DNA of 64,000 nt from Verrucomicrobiota bacterium (GCA_027493615.1 JAOSKK010000001.1:175629-239628); one strand, 5' to 3'. Counted from the first letter of the stretch, positions 1 through 11,359 are shown. Notes: generated by a model not told the origin, from the sequence alone. Numbers and translations are program-made.

Positions 1-2170
1 GCCGATGTGTCGCCAGGCAAAACTCGTTGGCCGCCTCGAATTCCAAAGCCTTGCGCCACCATCTCTGCTCGTCAGAAGTGAGCTTGCGCCGAACAAGACC
101 CATGTCCTGGAACTTCTCCAGCAGCTTGTGGGTAATGTCGTTCAGGGCGAGACCGGCAGCGCCCGCAGCCTGCACCACTTGCTCGATGGCGTGGCGCACG
201 GCAAATTGCCGATGCCGGTCGCCCATGTAACCGGCCTGATGCGCCGCCTCCTGCCGGTTGTCGGCGAAGATCAACAGTTTCCGCTCCTTGGCGGGCAACT
301 TGTCCAGGTGGTGCGTCGCCAGCACCGAGTTGGACGACGCCGCGCCGGAGCGCAACAGCGTGAGGATGTCCCCTTTCGGATAGGTCGAATTGCAGACCGG
401 GCAAGTGTTGCCTCGACCGCGCATGACCTGCTGGACTGTCACCGTCGCTGCTGCCTTCCCGTCCGGCATCTCGTCATAGACCCTGCCCGTCTGATGGCAG
501 ACGAATTTCGGCATCAACTTCAGCCGGGACTTCGTGTGCGCCTGGCGCTTGCGCGGCTTCTTGTTCTCACCGTTCTCCTCGTCCTCCCCATCGTCGTCGT
601 CACCGGCCTGCTCAACGTGAACACACGGAGTGATAAAGCCCGTGTTCTCGTCGCTGATGAAATCGTCGTTGGGATAGGTCTTGGTTGGGTCGGCCTCGTC
701 GAATCGCACTTTGACGAAATCCTGGCCGCAGGTGCGGCACAGGGCGGCGGGCCGGACGGCACTGCCGCACTTCGGGCACGTCTCCGAACCGTCGCGCACG
801 AGCATCCGGCACGCGGGGTTCATGCAAAGGCCCACGTCATACACTCCCTGGAAGAACGTGTGCAGTTTCGGGCGCAAGCTGGGCGGGTCTTTCTCCGTCC
901 CCACTGACCCCACCAGCAGATATGCCTCGATCAGCGTTCGCAGCTCCAGATCGGTCAACGCCTTCGCCGTCTCAATCCCAGCCTTGACCGCTTGCACCAA
1001 CTCCGCCATCGAACGCGGCTCTCGACACTCGCGTTCCAGCAGGGCGACGAGTTGATTGCCTTCAAGCGCAGCACGAATCTTCTGCGGCATCGAGCCGGAC
1101 GAACCGAGCGATTGACCAGTTATCCTGGCGACCAGGTCCGACAGCTTGGCGTCGTCCTCGTGGTCAAAGGTCTGGATTTCCTCCGGCGCGAGCTTCACGA
1201 ACGGCGGCTGATACGTCCGGCTGGGCGGCGGCTTCACAACCAGCGTCTCGCCAATCACGTCTTCCCGCGAAAATGGTTCGCCATATAACGCGGACACGAA
1301 CTCCGCCAGGGCCTCGTCTCCACCGGCGTCTTTCGAGACCGTGGCCGACGTGCCAACGCACCGCAGCTTGCCCTCGCCCACACCCGCTCGCGCCTTGAGC
1401 CTGCGAATCAGGCAGGCAATTTCCGTTGCCAGTGCGCCACGATAACTGTGGATTTCGTCCAGAACCAAGAACCGCAGGCTCGGGCTGAACAGCGTGCGGT
1501 CCTCCTTCCGCACCAGCATGAACTCCAATTCCTTGTAGTTTGTGAGCAGGATGTCGGGCTGGTGCTGCCGGATGTCCGTGCGGCGGATGAACTCGTTGCC
1601 TTCCACCGGCTCGCCCAACGTCGCGGCCACGCTCTCGCTCTCCCCGGTGTACATCGCGAAGGTCACTCCCACGCCCGAATCCCGGATCAAGGTCCGAAGC
1701 CGTCCCAGTTGGTCATTCGCCAAGGCGTTCATCGGATACAACAGAATGGCCTTCGTCCCCTTCACGCCTTCCGCACGCATCCGCAACACGCCCGACATGA
1801 CGGCCAGCAGGAAGGCTTCGGTCTTGCCGCTGCCCGTCCCGGTTTTCACGATGACGTTGCGACCGAGTTGCTCCACGCGGCGGAGCGATTGCTCCTGATG
1901 CAGGAAAAGCCGCTGGTCGCCAAAGCTCCATTTGAGCCGCTGGAGGTCTTTGTGCCCGACGCCCTGTTCGTGAAGCTGTTTCAGCGTGTGCTCCCGGGCG
2001 AAATCGTTGGCCAGCGTCACGTACGGGCCTTTGACCAGCACGTCGGCCTGCTTGATGTGCGACTCGAACTGCTCGCGCAGGCGCGGATCGGCCAGCCGAT
2101 AGGTGCTCAGCAGGAAGCGCCGGTACTCGGCGACCAGATGGTTGACACTGCCGACGACGGAGAAGCTCAT
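1..2170 (-). CDS. SF2 DEAD/DEAH-box helicase with internal zinc ribbon, first ~723 codons only (the gene continues past the window start). DrmA-like member of the DISARM-type locus.
   Basis: It is absent from the ORF track because it has no stop in the window. Manual reverse translation from ATG (2170..2168) stays open to the window edge: MSFSVVGSVNHLVAEYRRFLLSTYRLADPRLREQFESHIKQADVLVKGPYVTLAN... Helicase motifs: I 'VKTGTGSGKTEAFLL', II 'LVLDEIHSYRG', III 'GTSAT', Cys-rich ribbon 'CMNPACRMLVRDGSETCPKCGSAVRPAALCRTCG', RecA2 'KLLIFADNRQEAAHQAGYM'. Its start overlaps the PIN gene stop (ATGA). Plus-strand ORFs 5..907 and 1448..2230 are antisense shadows of this gene. Confidence 0.8.
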   Translation of the reverse strand, partial: MSFSVVGSVNHLVAEYRRFLLSTYRLADPRLREQFESHIKQADVLVKGPYVTLANDFAREHTLKQLHEQGVGHKDLQRLKWSFGDQRLFLHQEQSLRRVEQLGRNVIVKTGTGSGKTEAFLLAVMSGVLRMRAEGVKGTKAILLYPMNALANDQLGRLRTLIRDSGVGVTFAMYTGESESVAATLGEPVEGNEFIRRTDIRQHQPDILLTNYKELEFMLVRKEDRTLFSPSLRFLVLDEIHSYRGALATEIACLIRRLKARAGVGEGKLRCVGTSATVSKDAGGDEALAEFVSALYGEPFSREDVIGETLVVKPPPSRTYQPPFVKLAPEEIQTFDHEDDAKLSDLVARITGQSLGSSGSMPQKIRAALEGNQLVALLERECREPRSMAELVQAVKAGIETAKALTDLELRTLIEAYLLVGSVGTEKDPPSLRPKLHTFFQGVYDVGLCMNPACRMLVRDGSETCPKCGSAVRPAALCRTCGQDFVKVRFDEADPTKTYPNDDFISDENTGFITPCVHVEQAGDDDDGEDEENGENKKPRKRQAHTKSRLKLMPKFVCHQTGRVYDEMPDGKAAATVTVQQVMRGRGNTCPVCNSTYPKGDILTLLRSGAASSNSVLATHHLDKLPAKERKLLIFADNRQEAAHQAGYMGDRHRQFAVRHAIEQVVQAAGAAGLALNDITHKLLEKFQDMGLVRRKLTSDEQRWWRKALEFEAANEFCLATHR

Positions 2171-2667
2171 TGTGTCCCTCCCATCAGGATGTCCGTCCGC
2201 AAGGCGCTCAGCCACTTCTCGGTGAAATGATTCTTGAACTGCGGCGAGATACCCACCGCCCGCGCCAGGGCCTCCAGGGAGACAAACCGCTCCAGGAATC
2301 CCAGTTCATTCCCGGCCCGCACCGCAGCCCGGTCGGATGCGCTCAAATACCATACGCCCGGCCTGGCGATGGCGTGGGCCAGCAGATGCTTTTCGCCCAT
2401 GTCAATACGGTCAGGCTCGGCGAGCCGGGTTTCGATTTCGGCCAGCTCCAGAAGGCTGACAGCGTGGACTGCGACCCCCTTCTTCATTTCCTCGACATCC
2501 ACCGCCACGTAATCGGCGCGGCGTCTATCGCCGGTCGCCGCCTCCTCGCTGCACTTCTCCACGGTTTCCACCTTGAAAAAGTTTTCCATCGCCCGCCAGC
2601 ACCGGACGCGATGCGCCTCGATGATGACGTTGGTGTCAACCAGAACGATGTCCCCTCTGGTAATCAT
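2167..2667 (-). CDS. PIN-domain protein (predicted nuclease)
   Basis: Intact 166-aa ORF. The N-terminal 'GDIVLVDTNVIIEAH' is the PIN strand-1 Asp plus a following Glu, and 'YLSASDRAAV' supplies a later acidic residue. It lies 12 nt downstream of the ImmA-like gene and overlaps the helicase start by 4 nt. Confidence 0.7.
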   Translation of the reverse strand: MITRGDIVLVDTNVIIEAHRVRCWRAMENFFKVETVEKCSEEAATGDRRRADYVAVDVEEMKKGVAVHAVSLLELAEIETRLAEPDRIDMGEKHLLAHAIARPGVWYLSASDRAAVRAGNELGFLERFVSLEALARAVGISPQFKNHFTEKWLSALRTDILMGGTQ

Positions 2668-2679
2668 GCGGTTTCCTCA

Positions 2680-3811
2680 TCACAAGTCGAACGGCACGCT
2701 GAACCCGTAGCTCTTGAACAGGTCTTCGAGGTCTTCCACGGTCATGTCCAGCAGTCCGGCAGCACGGCGCACCGAAAGCTCGCCGCGCTCCAACGCCCAA
2801 TGCAACCGTTCAACAAAACGACGAGAAAACAGCTTGGGGAGCGTCTGCTCCGAAGGGGAACGCCCGTTCCAGGTCAGGCGCTCTTTAACCATGTCGAGTG
2901 AAGCGGCCTGCGTCAGCCAGCCGAGCTGGCGCAGCCGCCAGTAAAGGGCCTCCGAGGTCACTTCAAAGTCGGAAGCCGTTGCGTTCAGCCAATCGTGGAG
3001 GTCTTGGTCGCCCCGCTTCTCCCAGCGTGGCTTCAAGCTCGCAGCGGGCATGAGCAGGGCTGCCGCGAAGTTGTTGGCCAACTGCTCGACGCGCTTGACC
3101 TTCGTCCCCTCGAACTTGTCCGCCGCGTCATAGGGCCGGGGCGGCATGGCGTTCCAGGTCAGGACGTGGAACGTCTCGTGGGCGAAGTCGTAGTTCCGCC
3201 GACCGTCCGGCTCGCGGCGGTTCACCAGGATCGTGTTGAACTGCGGAAGCTGGCAGGCCGCGCCCGAGATACCCACCGGCGCGTCCACGTACAACACGAG
3301 AATCTTCAGCCGATCCTCGACGACCTCTCGGAGCTTCTGCGCGGGGATGTCGCCCAACTGCCAGTCCGCCACGAGGGCTTCCCCCTGCCGCCTGCGCCTC
3401 CTCGAACGAGCTGCGCTCGGTGAGGTTCAACTGCTGCAACAGCGGGTTGTACGGCTCACCCTTGATTTCCCCGAGACGACGGTACGTGGCAATCCACCTG
3501 CCCGCCTTGGCCTCGAACTCGTCGAGCGACGCGGGCGCAGCCCCTACCGCCCGCCACGAGAACGCGCCTTCGCCGACCAGCGAGAAGGTGTCAGTGAAAT
3601 ACTCCAGCTTTTTCCCGAGCACCTGGATCAGCTTCACCAACTCCTCGGCGGTGAGCTTGCGCTTGCCCGCTTCAATGTTGGAAAGCGTTTGGCGGTCGTT
3701 GAAACCCAACTGGGAGGCCAGTTCGTCCTGACTCAGGCTGGCGTCTTCCCGAGCGAGTTTCACCCTCTGCCCGACGATCCGCTGAAACTGTTCCTGTGAG
3801 GTCTTGTTCAT
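2680..3811 (-). CDS. XRE-family HTH fused to an ImmA/IrrE (COG2856) zinc metallopeptidase, with the frame broken once
   Basis: ORF 3128..3811 begins with the HTH 'LSQDELASQLGFNDRQTLSNIEAGKRKLTAEELVKLIQVL'. ORF 2680..3372 carries the HExxH motif 'DFAHETFHVLTW' typical of ImmA/IrrE peptidases. The two frames meet at the C5 run 3381..3385 (...FEEAQAAG / EALVADWQLGDIP...). Restoring one base gives a single ~377-aa HTH-peptidase; as written they would be two adjacent genes. Confidence 0.8.
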
Positions 3812-3998
3812 TCGTTCGCCAAGAATCTACTCCGCCTATCGAGGAATGCAAGAATTATTTGCGGTTTAGGTTTTGCAATAATAGATCACATCGCGTTTCC
3901 TCATATAGTTGGTTTCCAAGTAGTTAGAAGCGAGACGCCCACTACCAAACCATTTGGACGCCGCGAATTGCTCCTTGCCAAGGCGTTCGGAAATGGGC
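3812..3998 (-). promoter_or_regulatory. AT-rich 187-bp spacer inside the defence locus: candidate promoter plus palindromic operator for the HTH-ImmA/PIN/helicase unit
   Basis: This is the only strongly AT-rich stretch in the first 11 kb. It lies directly upstream of the HTH gene start (3811). It contains the inverted repeat ATTATTTGC-N12-GCAATAAT at 3854..3882, and TTGCAT/TAGATT-like hexamers on the minus strand. No experimental support. Confidence 0.35.
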
Positions 3999-6900
3999 CT
4001 ACCAAGCCTGGCTGTCCAGCTTGGCGGTCAGGAACGCGAAGAACTCCGCGTGCTTCTTTGCGAAGACTGGGAACGAAGCCAAGACGTGCCGGAAGTCGTC
4101 CTGGGAAAGGCCGTACGCTTTGGCCACGGCCTTGTTCGCGATCCACAGACCTTCCCAATGCTCCTTGAGTTCGGTGATCCGCTCCACGCCGTGTTCCCAA
4201 GCGCAAACGACGGGAACACGCGGCAGGGCGTTGGTCACCGACGCAGGCGGCACGGGCATCGGGCGCATGTAGGTGAAGCTGATGTGCGTCCCGGCAGTAC
4301 GGAGGCGGAGAGCATAGTCGAAGCAGAAAGAGTTCAGTACTGTCTGGGCTGCCAGTGGATCGACTCCTCGAACGAGGACACCACACAATGTGTGGGAGGC
4401 AGCAGACCCGCGAGGAAGCATCACAGCAATGCAAGTCCTCTGGTTCGTGTTGCTCGCGGTTTCGCGGTACACGAGGACTTCCTCGTCGAGCGGTGGTCGC
4501 TCATGCTTTGCTACGGCGAGCGATTTCTTTAACCACCACCGGAACGGCTTGATCCCATAAATGAACTGCTCGATGTGCTTCCCCTCATAAACCGGGACAA
4601 AACCCTCCGCCGCCATAGCCGCTACAAGGTGGGTAGTATCGGTCGGCGGGTTCGTCAGTACATTCTTCGGGCTGAATAGGCTTCCGGTTGCTGGGTCTGT
4701 CCAGAGGTCTTTGTCTCGCGTCGCGTTGTAGGTGAACTTGTGCGCGAAGTCCGTGAACAGTTCAGCCCGCCAGCCCGCTGCGTCGTCGCTACCGAGCACG
4801 ACGGAGTGGCGATACATCTTGTGGACGATCTCCTGATCGCGAGGCCCGCGATACTCCAGCAGGGCGTAGCTTTCGGGCGAGAGTTTCGCAACCTCCTCCG
4901 CCGTGATGGTGACCATCTGGACGGACTCATCGCCCATCAACTCGCGCACGTCATGGCGCATGAAGATGGCGGGAAACCGCCTTTTGCTTGGCGTCTTTTT
5001 TCGACAGACGAAGCAGACGAACTTGTAGCTGGCGTGAATCGGGAAAATTTTCTGTCGGTTCTCAAATCCAAAAACCGATGCGATGCTGGCCTCCGTGACC
5101 AACCATTTTCTCAGCGTGGCGCAGCCGTCTCCGTTGTAGAACACTGAAGGCAACAACAGGCCGACGCTGCCGCCGTGCCGCACTACCTGAATCGAACGGT
5201 CGGCAAAATACTTGGAAAGGTCTTCGTGCGCGGCTTGGGTTCTCCCTTCGGAGAGTGGGAAATCGCCGCCGCCACGCAGCATCTGCATGGTGGTCTTGAC
5301 CCGATTCTCGTAAGCCTTGAACTCGCCCGCCAGCGCCGGATTCTTCTGGTGAAGCTCGCCGATGCGTTGATCGAGTTCGTTGCCGGACAAGGCGCGGATG
5401 AAGATGTCGTAACGACCATAGAACTCCTGCCGGTCGGGCAGCACCTTGTCCCACGGCGGATTTCCCACGATGACGTGAAATCCCTTGTGTTCACCGAAGA
5501 AGACTTCGGGGAACTCCAGTTGCCAGTGAAAGAACCGCTCGCGTTGGCGAGCTTCCTCGAATCTGTCCCACCACTTTTGCTTCTTGGCGTACCCTTCGAC
5601 ATCGTCGGTCGAGAGCAACGTGGCCCACGCGCCCCAGATTTCGGGCACAAACGCCGCCGCGCTCCGCAGATCGAACAGCAGCCGCGCCTGAGCCAGAAGT
5701 TCGTTTGAACGCTTCAGCCGGTCGGCTTTGTATTCGTACTCCTGGGGCGTGTCTTTGCGGATGTCGGGCGGCAACGGCTTATCAATGAGCAGGCGTTCGT
5801 CCAGCGCCTCGCGGATCAGCCGCTTGAACTGAATCTCGAACAAGCCGCCCTGATCCCGGCCCTTCTTGTCGTCGAGCGACGGATGGGGCGGTTGATGCAG
5901 CCGATCCAGCCATGTACCGAGGAGCGAGTTTCCAGGCCGGATGTGGTGTGCGAAAAAGCTCAGCGGACGATCCCCGGCCAGCGACTCGATCCAGAGCGCG
6001 ACCTGGGCGAGCTGCACGGCGGTCGGGTTCAAGTCCACGCCGAACAGGCATCGCTCGACAATCCGGCGCTTGCACCAGGCTTCGCCTTCGCTCTGCCAGC
6101 GTTGGCGGACTTCCGGCGTCAGCGGACGGTCGGGGGTAGAACTCGGGCGGCGGGTCGTCTTTGAACTCGCGGTGATAGGCGTCGAGAAGCTTGCGGCCCA
6201 TGTACCGGGCCGCGCCGACCAGGAAATGCGCCGAGCCGCAGGCCAGGTCAATGACCCGCAGCGACTCGATCTCCGCCGCTGATTTGTCCTCGACCAACCC
6301 CTCCAACGCCTTCCGCACGAGGTACTGGACGATTTCCTCTCGCGTGTAGAACGAGCCGCTGGACTTGCGGGCCGAGCCGGGAACGAAATAGAACTCGTCC
6401 TTCTCCAGTCGCCGGATCAGCCGGGCTGCCGCGCCCTTCTTGACACCTTTGTCTTCCTCCTCCTCGCCCTCGCTGCTTTCACCGTTCTCGTCTTCACCTT
6501 CATCCTCGTCCTCGGTGTCGGCGGCGTCTTCGTCCACCTCGACGTTATCGGGGTGGAGATTGGCGGCTTCGGTGTCCGCCACGAGGGCGGCATCGCCCTT
6601 GAGCGTGAGTTGCTTCTGCTCGCACAGCCGTTTCAATTCCGCAGGTGTAAGCACGAAACCGCGGCCCTGGACGACGACCTCGATCATCGTCTGGTCGGCG
6701 GTGCGCGGCTCGTATTCGAGCAGGCCCTCATAAACCGAGCCGAGCTGCTCGATCTCCAGTTCACGGTAGGACACCCGCTCGCGGCCCACGCCGCGCCGGG
6801 GCTTGGTCGTGGCCAGGGTCATCACCAGCTTTCCGGCGACGCGGTCGGACAGCTTCAGTTTGGCGATGAGCTGGCCTTCGGGCGTTTTGTCACTGAACAA

Positions 6901-7955
6901 CCGACCGCCCCGAGGCGGGATGTTCTCCAGATCGGGCGTCGGCGGCAGACCCTCGTCGTAGATGCGGAACAGGGCCTGGAGCGCCTGCCAAGTGCCGAAA
7001 CGATTGCCGGGGAGTTCCTCCTCGGGCACGCGCAAGAGCCGATCCACCAGTTGCTCCAGCGAGTAGGATTTTTGGTAGAGCCGATGCCGCTGCAACCGTT
7101 CGTCTCGGGCCTCGGCGTAGAGGATGAACAAGAGTCGGTAGAGTGTTTGCAGGGCGGTGTCGCGCAGTTGGCCGAGCGTGGGCTTGGGATTGAACGCTTC
7201 GGGCCTGCCTGCCGAAGCCCCGGCGCAGGCAGGGCGGGCCTGGATGTCTTCGAGGAATCCACGGATCAGGATTTCAGCGGCGCTGAAGACGGCAGCCTTC
7301 AAATCCTCCGACACCCGCGCACTGTGTTTCCGCGACTCGGCTTCCAGCAACTCGATGGGCCTGGGCGAGCCATCTGCCGCCACGAAGTTCTCCGCGTGCA
7401 GCACGCGATAGGCGGCGGTGAGGGAGTCAATGTCCTCGGTTTCGACGGCGCTGGCGATGGAGAAGTCGAAAGACGCCCCTTCGGGCCATCGCCCAAGCGC
7501 CGGATCAAGCGCAGCAGGCTCGGGGTGATGATGAAGCCGTAACTCAGGCCCTGGTCGGCCAGGAGACGCTCCAGCGTCCCTCGGGTCTGCCTGCTTTCGA
7601 TCTCGTCGTCGTCCGGGCAGAGGTAGAGCGCGGCAATCGGAGCAGTGGCCGCGCCCTGTGCAGCTTCCTCCGGTTGCCGCGTCAGCAGTCGAACACGGGT
7701 TTCTTCGGGATGCTCCTCGATGTTGAACCCGAGCACCTGGCCGAGCAGTGGCCGGGCGAACTGTTCACGGAAGCGCGTGAGGTCGGGATGCTCGAAGCCC
7801 TCGATCCGATTCCTGAGCTGGGTCAGACGCCAGAGCGTTTTCTCGGCCTGTGCCTTCGTCAACTTCGAGCCAACCCCCTTCTTGGCGCTCAGGATCGAGC
7901 CGAGCCAGTAGTCGGAGAAGAAGCCCCGGATGTTGCGGATCGAGTTAAGCGCCAT
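3999..7955 (-). CDS. Large (~1,320 aa) N6-adenine DNA methyltransferase of the Eco57I/type IIG-like family; DrmMI-like. Frame broken twice.
   Basis: Overlapping minus ORFs 7299..7979, 5782..7404 and 3999..6251 read as one protein if 1-nt indels at C4 7476..7479 (...LGDGPKG / ASFDFSIASAVE...) and G5 6132..6136 (...DDPPPEFY / DRPLTPEVRQRW...) are repaired. SAM motif I is 'VIDLACGSAHFLVGAARY' and catalytic motif IV is 'VIVGNPPWDK'. The start ATG at 7955 (MALNSIRNIRGFFSDYWLGS) overlaps the SNF2 gene end by 11 nt. I did not recognise any nuclease motif. Confidence 0.85.
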
Positions 7956-10900
7956 GCTTGCCCTCCGGTGGGAAAACAAAGAGGACGCCCAGCGGCTGCG
8001 GTGTCCCCGGTTTCACGCCTTGCTCGAATTTCGCGATCTCCTCCAGGCGGCGCTGGTGGAAGGTGTCCACCGACGCCCGCTTGGCTTTGAAGCCATAAAC
8101 CTCGCGCCGATCAAACAGCAACTGCCCCTGTTCCTCGACGGCCAGCGCCTGCTTTTCCTCCAGGTCAATCTCCGCCAGGCGGTCGGCGCGGTATCGCGCC
8201 GCGTCCTCACGAAGCACGGCGGCGAAGTCTTGCCGGGTGCGCGTTTCCTCTGCCGCCTTTTCCTCCAGCAATTTCATCGCGGCCTCGCCTGCCGCCGCCT
8301 GCAACTGCTTGAATCGCTCGCCAAACACCTTTTCGACTTCTGCCCAGGGCACTTCTCCTGGCGGGAAGGTGGTGTCGAGGGCGGCAATAACCTGATCCTG
8401 CGGGAGCGTTTTGCCAGAGGCATCAATGGCAACCGCAAGGAATTGCCCGTGGTCGTGATCGTCCTGCCGCAGGTAGGTGAACACGGCATACGGGCCTTCG
8501 TCCGCGAACGGGTGACGGCGCACTGCCAGACGGGCCGAGGAGGCGTTGGGATCGCGGGGCGAGGTCAACTGGCGGTGAGCATCCTGCGCCATCGCCTGAA
8601 AGAGCGGATGCAGCCGTGTGACGAACTCGACATCCCGCGCCGGGTATTGGATGGCGACGGTTCGACGGAACGTCAGGCATGGGTACGACTCCGCAACCTG
8701 CGGGCCTTGAAACTCCCGTGGTGTCCGCAGCGAAAACGTGCCGGGAATCTGGCCGGGTTTCAGGTGCGTGCGAAGCCGGGCGAGCATGAACCGCTCGAAC
8801 GACTCGTCATCCTGCATCACCTGGTCGGCAGACAGGCTATTGGGATCAATCTTCGCGCCGTAGCCGGGCCTGCCACTCATGAGCAATGGGGCAACTTCGC
8901 GCAGGAATGAATCGCGACCCTCGTCCAGCTTGCTGAAAATCCTGTCAGTTGCCGTCGTGGTGTCGCCTTCGGCGTCCAGTTCCGTCAACGCCTCCTCGAT
9001 GCGCTGGCCAGCCAGGATGCCAAGGATGTCCGGCGTGGAAACCTTGTCGGACTGCATCTGGACGATCCGTTTCACGAGGCGGTCGAGGACGTTGTCCTCC
9101 GGCGAATCGGGGTAGAACAGGTAGCGGATGATCGGATTCCGGGTCTGTCCGTGGCGATCCACGCGACCGTTGCGTTGTTCCATCCGGTTGGGATTCCAGC
9201 TCAGCTCGAAATGGTAAACACGGCGGCAGAATCGCTGGAGGTTCAACCCTTCGGACGCGGCGTCGGTCGCCAACAGCAGTTTTTTTCCTGGCTTCTCGAA
9301 ATCGGCCAATCGCCCCTGGCGTTTTTTCGAGGACAGCCCGCCTGTCAACTCAACGTAGCAGTCCTTGAACTCCGGGCGTGCGTCGAGGGCAGCCTTGATC
9401 GCGCCCAGCGTGTCCAGGTATTCGGTGAAGACGATCGCCTTTTCGTCGGGCTGCGAGAGGACATCGGCCTCCAGATCGGCGACGAGCGCCCCGATCTTGG
9501 GATCAGGCAGAGTCTTCACCTGGTCGATCAACTTCTTAATTTCCTGGAGTTGCTTCTTTTCGGCGCTGCGCCGCTTGGCGTCCTTCGACACCGTCGCCTT
9601 GACGATCCGGCTGGCGATGCGTTCGTGGGTCTTTTCGTTCAGCGGCAGGTCGCCCTGCAACTCGCGGACTTCGGATCGCGTGGGAGCTTCTTCCTGCTGC
9701 GTGCGGCTGGCCAGGGCCTCCAGGCGCTTTTCCACCGTGTTGGCCAGGGCCGTCCGGCTGGACAACATCCGCTTCTTGATGATCTGCATGGCGAACGACA
9801 CCAGCTCGGCGTCGTCGGTCTGCCGGGCGGCTGCGGTGGTCTTGGCGCAGTAGGAGGAGACCTTCTTGAAGATGGCCTTCTCCGCGTCCGCCAGCGCCGA
9901 CACGCTGATGGCCTTCACCGGTTCGCGAACCTTGAATGCGGGGATTCTGCTGCCGTCCGCCCCGGACTTGGAGATGTCGCCTTTCAGGCGGCGGATCATG
10001 CTGCGGCCCACGCGACGGGCGACCACGGTCTTGTCACCGGTGAAGCTGGCATCCGTGGGTTCGACGATTTCGAGTAGTGACCGGAAGCTGTGGCTGTAGC
10101 CGTTGTGCGGCGTCGCGGACAATAGAATCAACGACTTGGTGTGGTCGCGCAGCTTCGGGCCAAGTCGAGCGCGAGCGGTGAGGTAGGGCTGCGCGGCGTG
10201 CCGGATTCCGCCAGATAGTGTGCTTCGTCAACGACAATCACGTCCCAGCGCGGCTCAAGGGCGCTGGCCAGAACCTCCCTCTTTTTCAGGTACTCGATGG
10301 ATGTGATGACCCGGTTCAAGAAGACCCAGGGTTTGATCCCTCCGACAGACGGGTTTGTGCCCGTTCCAGGGCCGCTGCGTTTTCGATGGCCTCGAACTTG
10401 AGGCCGAATTTGGTCAGCATCTCCTCCTGCCACTGCGGGATCAGGCCGGGAGGGACGACCAGGAGGATGCGTTTCCCGCGCCCTCGGGCCAGCAGCTCCA
10501 GCAGGCAAATGCCCGCCTCAATGGTCTTGCCAAGGCCGACATCATCCGCGATCAGCAGGCTCGGGCGTGGGAGCTGGAGCATTCGGGCCACGGGCGCGAA
10601 CTGGTAATGCTCAGGCGAGATGCGCCCGCCGTAGAACGCGGCGAACTCGCCGGAGTCCACGCCGGACATCTTCAGGGCCAGGTTCGCCGACTGCCAGGTT
10701 TCAAACGGAGCAACCGCATGCCTGGCGAACACCGGCGACTCCTCCGGCAACGATTCGTAGATTTCGGGCGGGCACAGGGCTTCGAGCCGCTCGGCGCTGC
10801 TCGGGTCAAAAAGCCGGAAAAGGGTCTTGTTCTCGGCGACCTTCGTCGCCGTTTCCACCCGCCAAGCTTTGTCACGTAGAAGAATGCGTTGCATGGGCCG

Positions 10901-11359
10901 CCGTACGCCGCACTGGGCGGTAGTCGTATTCCAGACAAGCAGGGCTGACAATTCGGGATTTGGACCCCAAGGCCGATTCACCTGGATTTGGGGAAGGGGT
11001 TGCGCAGCCTGCAGAACCGGCTGCTCCCAGAACTCTGCGCTGAGAGCCAGCGTGCGGTGGGCTCGAAAGCCTTCTGCGACGCCCGAGGCCCTGCCCGGGT
11101 CGATGAGGCTCCCGGCTAACGTTGCGTCCTGGCCCAGGGCCAAGTGAGGCGGGCCGATTGCGATCGCCGGCCAGTGGTCGCGGATGACCTTGAGCACCCC
11201 CGCGTCGTCGTATTGATCGAGGGTCGGACTGCTTGCGCGGAGGCCGATGTCCTCCGGCGTGACCGCTACCCGGGCCAAGACGCCGGTGATCAGTCCGTCC
11301 GTGGCCTTCTTGCCACCGGCCCTGAGGGAGGGGAACCCTGCGCGCGCAGAGCCAGACAT
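7945..11359 (-). CDS. SNF2-family helicase (DrmD-like); frame broken at least twice
   Basis: Minus ORFs 10316..11359, 10128..10508 and 7945..10131 join near 10350 and at G3 10186..10188 (...ESGTPRSP / YLTARARLGPKLRDHTKSLILLSATPHNG...). Motifs: 'LLIADDVGLGKTIEAG', 'VIVVDEAHYL', 'LLSATPHNG', 'KAIVFTEY', 'LLATDAASEGLNLQ', 'HFELSWNPNRMEQRNGRVDRHGQ'. The start may instead be ATG 11444 (MVTEQVRQGQDGSPHPRRLVIDD...) if there is another indel near 11340. Confidence 0.85.

Noticed and set aside
3381-3385. The homopolymer frameshifts in the defence genes (HTH-ImmA, MTase, SNF2) were considered as phase-variation switches or programmed frameshifts.
   Set aside because: The runs are only 3-5 nt. The same kind of break occurs in essential genes throughout the window (metH, prs, pth, rplY, cysN). 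No slippery heptamer or downstream structure pattern is shared. Sequence error is the simpler explanation.
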